From the NCBI GenBank assembly GCA_964247055.1, contig OZ176054.1, positions 6,324,001-6,388,000 on the forward strand: a stretch of DNA of 64,000 nucleotides, in the 5' to 3' direction. The stretch comes from Paragordius varius. Its lineage: Eukaryota; Animalia; Nematomorpha. Below the pieces are notes generated by a model. That model was not told the origin of the DNA. It ran no database searches and was given only the letters and a program-made list of their open reading frames with translations. Shown in pieces: positions 59,301-64,000 of the stretch (position 1 is its first letter; the number at the start of each line of letters is the position of its first letter). The position numbers and the translations under genes are program-made.

Positions 59301-62300
59301 ATGAAGTTATGAAAAGATTGTGATAAATTTCAGGTGCACATCAATTTTTATGAATCAATTTTTTCAAAACAAATTACATTCCATCAACTTTCAAAGCCTG
59401 TATGTGTCGGTCAAATCTAAGTAATTATTAAATTATATTATTTAGAAATTTATGGGAAAATATATTATTGGGTCAAGTAATATCATTACTAATTTGTACC
59501 ACCGCTGTCACTAGTCAGGTTTTAGCACAATATTATTCCCTTAACATTCCAACCGGTTTATTTTTTCCCTAAATATTAGCTCAAAATTTTGTCAATTATT
59601 TACTTTTAGCTACATTATTTAACTGTGCCTTGTATGTTAAACGTAAATCTTTCGCATCATCAAGATACTCTACCTATACAAAATATTATATATATGATAT
59701 ATTACGTAATCGTGGTCTAAAATATTTTATTTTGGCTCTCATTGATGTTGAAGCCAATTATTTGATTGTTAAAGCTTATCGATATACCACATTAACCGCC
59801 ATCCAGGTTATTTTTACATTTTTTGTCTCATGTTGTTGAATTTTCAATAAAATTTTTGGTGGCTTTATATAATTAGTTTGTTGATCAGAGTTAATTGTCA
59901 TGTAGCGTTTTTATATAATTTATTGACGCAAACAATAAATATATAAATACTTCAAAAATAATTAATCTTATCTATTACTAGTTTAAAAATATAATTTTTA
60001 TTTATATGATTAAATATTTTGCCGAAACTGTTAGATTGTTTAATTATACCCAATTGTAATACTTTCATTCATTTTATTAATAAGAGATAAATTTATATAT
60101 AAAGTATTAATCATGGAATAAAAGAATTTTTTTTACAATGAAACCGAATTTTTGCTGATTTCTAGCTGTTAGATTGTTTGACTATACCAGTTGTTATGCT
60201 TTTATCCATCCTATTTTTACGGGTCAAATATCGAATGTCACATTTTTTGGGCGTTCTCATTTGCGTTTTTGGGGTCGGTTTTCTCATTTATTCTGATCGA
60301 CAACAACGACAAAAATCTGGACAGGCTAAAGGGGACCACGATCTACTTACCAATGGTTAATATTATATTGTTTAAAATAAAATTTTTAACGGATTATACA
60401 TTTTTTGTTATTTGTATGTAAATTAATTTTATGTAAATTACGAAAAAACAATGAAAACAACATTGTTACATGATGAATTATATATGTGCAACGTAAATAC
60501 ATTGTATGAATGAACTCTAAACAAAAGTATATTGTATGATTTTGTCATTTTTGAGTGGTGTTTAACTTTGTTTTTTTATACATCAATCAAAAATATATAT
60601 GATATACCGTTTCTCAGTCAAAATAAACGTTTTCCCAGTCAATCGAAACGTTTCCCAGTCAATCGAAACATTTTCCCAATTAATAAAAACGTTTTTTCAG
60701 TCGATAAAAACGGTTTTATTTTGATAAATATCAAAACAAGAATATAAAAACAACTTTTAACCATTATCAGCGTAATATATGGATATTATTTTTAATAAAA
60801 ACACAATTATTGAGTGACAATTTTTCCAAGTATCCAGTGCACAATCATTAATGACTTATTCTTTAAAAGTTATATTTTTGAAATTTGTGATGTTTTTTAG
60901 AAAATATTTTTTATTTTATCGATGGTTCGCATTAATATTTGCGGAACTCTTCACAACAGTTAATAAAAATGTCAAGTTTGTCGATAAAAATACTGTCAGA
61001 AAAAATAACTAAACGAAAAATTTTTTTGATAAACATATTTTGATTTAAAAATTTATTAAAAAGATATTTGACTAAAACAAGGGTGTCAAACTAAATGCCT
61101 TCGCGGGGCGCATTTTTAACTTAAAAAAACACCGTTCCGCATTCGAAATATATACGGGCATTCACATAATTTTTCGATAAATAAGCTTGTAAAATACAAA
61201 CACAATATAACATTTTTTTAATTACCAATTTAATAGACTCATTCATAATAATTGCGTAAGAAATATGAATATTACTAAGATTTTGTGGGCATATTTTTGC
61301 ATATGGATTTCCAAATTTTTCGCGCGCCGCACTAAGATACTCCTAAGGCCGCCTTAGGCCCCCGATGAACCAAATGATAAATATTATAAAATTAGGGTAA
61401 AATATGTTTAAGATCCAATATGAAGTGTTAAATGATCTTTGAGATAAAAATGGTATATTTTTATAAATTTTATTATTTCCTCCGTAGCTATTGATTTAAG
61501 TTAGCCGCAAAAATGCGAAACATCGATAAAATAAAAATAATAACTTAAAATTTAGTTTGTTACCCTTGTTTTAGTCAAATATCCTTTTTATTAAATATTT
61601 TTAAAATCAAAAACTTTAAAAAAAATTGTAGATATTTTTTCCGACAGTATTTTTATCGACAAACTTGACATATTTAAAAACTGTTGTGAAGCGTTCCGCA
61701 AGTATTAGTGCGAACCATCGATAAAATAAAAAATATTATCTTAAAAACATCTCAAAAATATAACTTTTAAAGAATAAATCATTATTGATTGTGCACTGGA
61801 ATATACTTGGAAAAATTGTCATTCAATAATTGCTTTTTTATAAAAAATAATATCCATATATTACGCTGATAATGGTTAAAAGTTTTTATATTACTGTTTT
61901 GATATTAATCATCAAAAATACAACCGTTTTTATTGATTGGGAAAATGTTTCGATTCACTGGGAAAACGTTTCGATGACTGGGAAAATTTTCGATTGACTG
62001 GGAAAACGTTTCGATTGATTGAGAAAACGTTTCGATTGATTGGGAAAATTCGATTGACTGGGAAAACGTTTATTTTGACTTGGAAATGGTATATTTGGCA
62101 ACTATTCAAATAATATTAATTATTGTATTAACTACACTTTATCTAATATTTTTACCAACAATAAATATTCAAAAACCTTTTTTTAAGATATTGGGAACTT
62201 TTTTTCAATATTTTTGTAGTTCAATTATATTTATTTACATCTTAAGTCATGCATTTATCTTTTAACACTTGGATACAACACATTCATTTTAGTCCTTCGA

Positions 62301-64000
62301 TTCAAATTGGGGTAGTTAAATACCCCAGGCCTGTTTAAAGCTAAATTCTTAAAAAAATATAGAAGGAATCGAAACCAGGGCAAAATTTTGCACTTATGTA
62401 ACATTAATAAACCGAAATATATAAAAAAAATTTATTCAAAAATATTTAATATTATTTATTTTAAGCTAAAACCGAAAGGTAAAAATTTAGTCAACGTGAC
62501 ATTTGTGCAATGGTAAAATTGAAAAATAATACAAAATAAACCGCTTTTTCTATTTCTATCAATGTTAGATGTAATTTAAATAAAAATAGTGCTTTAATTT
62601 TACCCTTAAAATAAAATGAAGACGATATTTTGTAAAAATTTTATAAAATAAAAATGGCGTCGAAGTAGTTTGACATGGAGCTTTTTTTTCAAAACAAAAT
62701 TTTATTTAGAGACTTTGGCATATTTATATAATTTATATTATGATAGAAGCATAAATTTAAATTGAGACCGTTTCCTTTAGTAGTTTTTACAAAATCTTAA
62801 CTCAAATTTAGTCTGGGGTATTTAGATACCCCAAATTGAATCGAAGTGTTAAATTTAATTATTATAATATAGTGTTATATATGAATAAATTTGTCGCCAT
62901 TATTAACATAAATTATAAAAACTATAACTCTTAGAAGGAACACTCAACAAATTCTTTGGTGATATGTTGTGCATTATTGCAGCCACACTGTATGGCGTTT
63001 CCAACGTCGGTCAAGAATTTTTTGTTAAACGATTTGATAAATACGAATTTTTGGCTATTATTGGAACGTTTGGCACCATAATCAATGGGATTCAATTGTA
63101 ATACTATTTTGGATTTATAATTAATGAACCAGTTTTTGTCTAGTTTTTATTTAACATATTTAAATTATTACTAGCTTAACTTAAAGAATGGATATTCTCT
63201 TTACTAAATATTATATATTTGTTATACTTTTTAATTATAGTCTCAAATGTTGAAAAAAATAAAAAATAATATGCATATTTTAAAATAAACTTTGATCTAA
63301 AAATCTACCTAAGTAAAACATAATTTTAAATAATATTTAACAAAATATTTCATTGGGGGAGTTTAAATTTTTGCAAGCCGGCTTATTAGTTGGCATGCCT
63401 ATATACTAATAAATTCATCCATATACATTGTTTAAGATTAATTTAATTAAGGATAAAATGTTTTTTTAATATTTTAATTAAATGGAGATATTGAATAATA
63501 TCATTATTATATACATCAAAAAACTAAAATTTTATAAATTTTTGATACAATTTAATATATAATTAAAAAATTTCATTTTATCCTGCTATTTTAATCGTTA
63601 AAACTGGTGAACTCAAATTTTACGGGCTAGTTTATTAGCCAGTAAGCTTACCTAGATATCGCGTTTGAAACGTATTTCAAAGACTAATTTCATAAATTAT
63701 GAAATATTTTTCGTTCTTTTACCTAATATGGAGTGGAGATATTTGATATCGCCATAGCTTATAAATCATTTTTATACCATATTTACAATATAAAATTTAC
63801 TGTTCTTTTGCTATAAAGCCTTATACTTGAAACTGGGGAACTTAAACTTTTACGAGCTAGTCTATTATTAGCTGGAGAAACTGAATCCCATTATCATCAT
63901 CACAAAACTTATGTGTTTATGCTAGTTTCCCTTTTCACGGTGGCAATGTTTGGTATTTATTATTGCATGGCAACGGCTATGGAGCGAACGTCAGCTTTGG
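59301..64000 (+). CDS. SLC35F2: Solute carrier family 35 member F1/F2-like transporter, 3' part beyond the right edge
   Basis: Exons 59301-59305 (ATG AA; alternative start ATG 59350), 59334-59420, 59446-59555, 59580-59806, 60166-60355, 62935-63097 and 63819->64000, all in phase. Motifs: [64 protein letters not shown] and GDMLCIIAATLYGVSNVGQEF. F1 versus F2 cannot be resolved. Confidence 0.9.
60605..62091. mobile_element. Foldback element FB2 with ~480-bp inverted arms and ~20-bp tandem subrepeats, TA target duplication
   Basis: 60605-~61083 is the reverse complement of ~61561-62091. Termini are TA|TACCGTTT and AAATGGTA|TA, with TTTCCCAGTCAATCGAAACG-type repeats. It lies in an SLC35F intron. 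Confidence 0.9.
62262..62852. mobile_element. TTAA-bounded MITE (other copies at 20825-21301 and ~37715-38257)
   Basis: Ends are TTAACACT...TTCGATTC...TTGGGG and CCCCAAATTGAATCGAAGTGTTAA. The three copies share internal blocks (AAAATGGCGTCGAA, TAGTCTGGGG). TTAA flanks suggest a piggyBac or Kolobok-type origin (inference). Confidence 0.7.

Overview
This is very AT-rich eukaryotic genomic DNA, not prokaryotic. It comes from a fast-evolving metazoan: it encodes TGF-beta ligands, and its housekeeping proteins are strongly diverged. A reduced parasite such as a myxozoan, orthonectid or dicyemid is a guess only. I reconstructed eight intron-containing genes by hand, checking GT-AG boundaries and reading phase: BTAF1/Mot1 (-, runs off the left edge), METAP2 (+), two paralogous divergent TGF-beta-family ligand genes (+), TANGO2 (-), ZNF207/BuGZ (+), UQCRQ (-, absent from the ORF track) and SLC35F (+, runs off the right edge). 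Five patterns stand out. (1) All six housekeeping genes sit in three head-to-head pairs with only 46, 23 and about 25 bp between start codons, and these spacers carry out-of-frame ATGs, even though the same genes have kb-long introns. (2) A class of 24-29 nt introns was found only in the first ~335 nt of coding sequence. (3) The TGF-beta gene arose by a segmental duplication that also copied the end of TANGO2, and both ligands lack the inter-chain cysteine (SCVP). (4) A minimal type I hammerhead ribozyme with a G12A change lies in a Penelope-like inverted repeat in a METAP2 intron. (5) Non-autonomous DNA transposons are abundant, including a triple self-nested foldback element and three families sharing TA|TACCRTT ends. 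No CRISPR array, rRNA or tRNA was recognised. All counts and alignments were done by eye.
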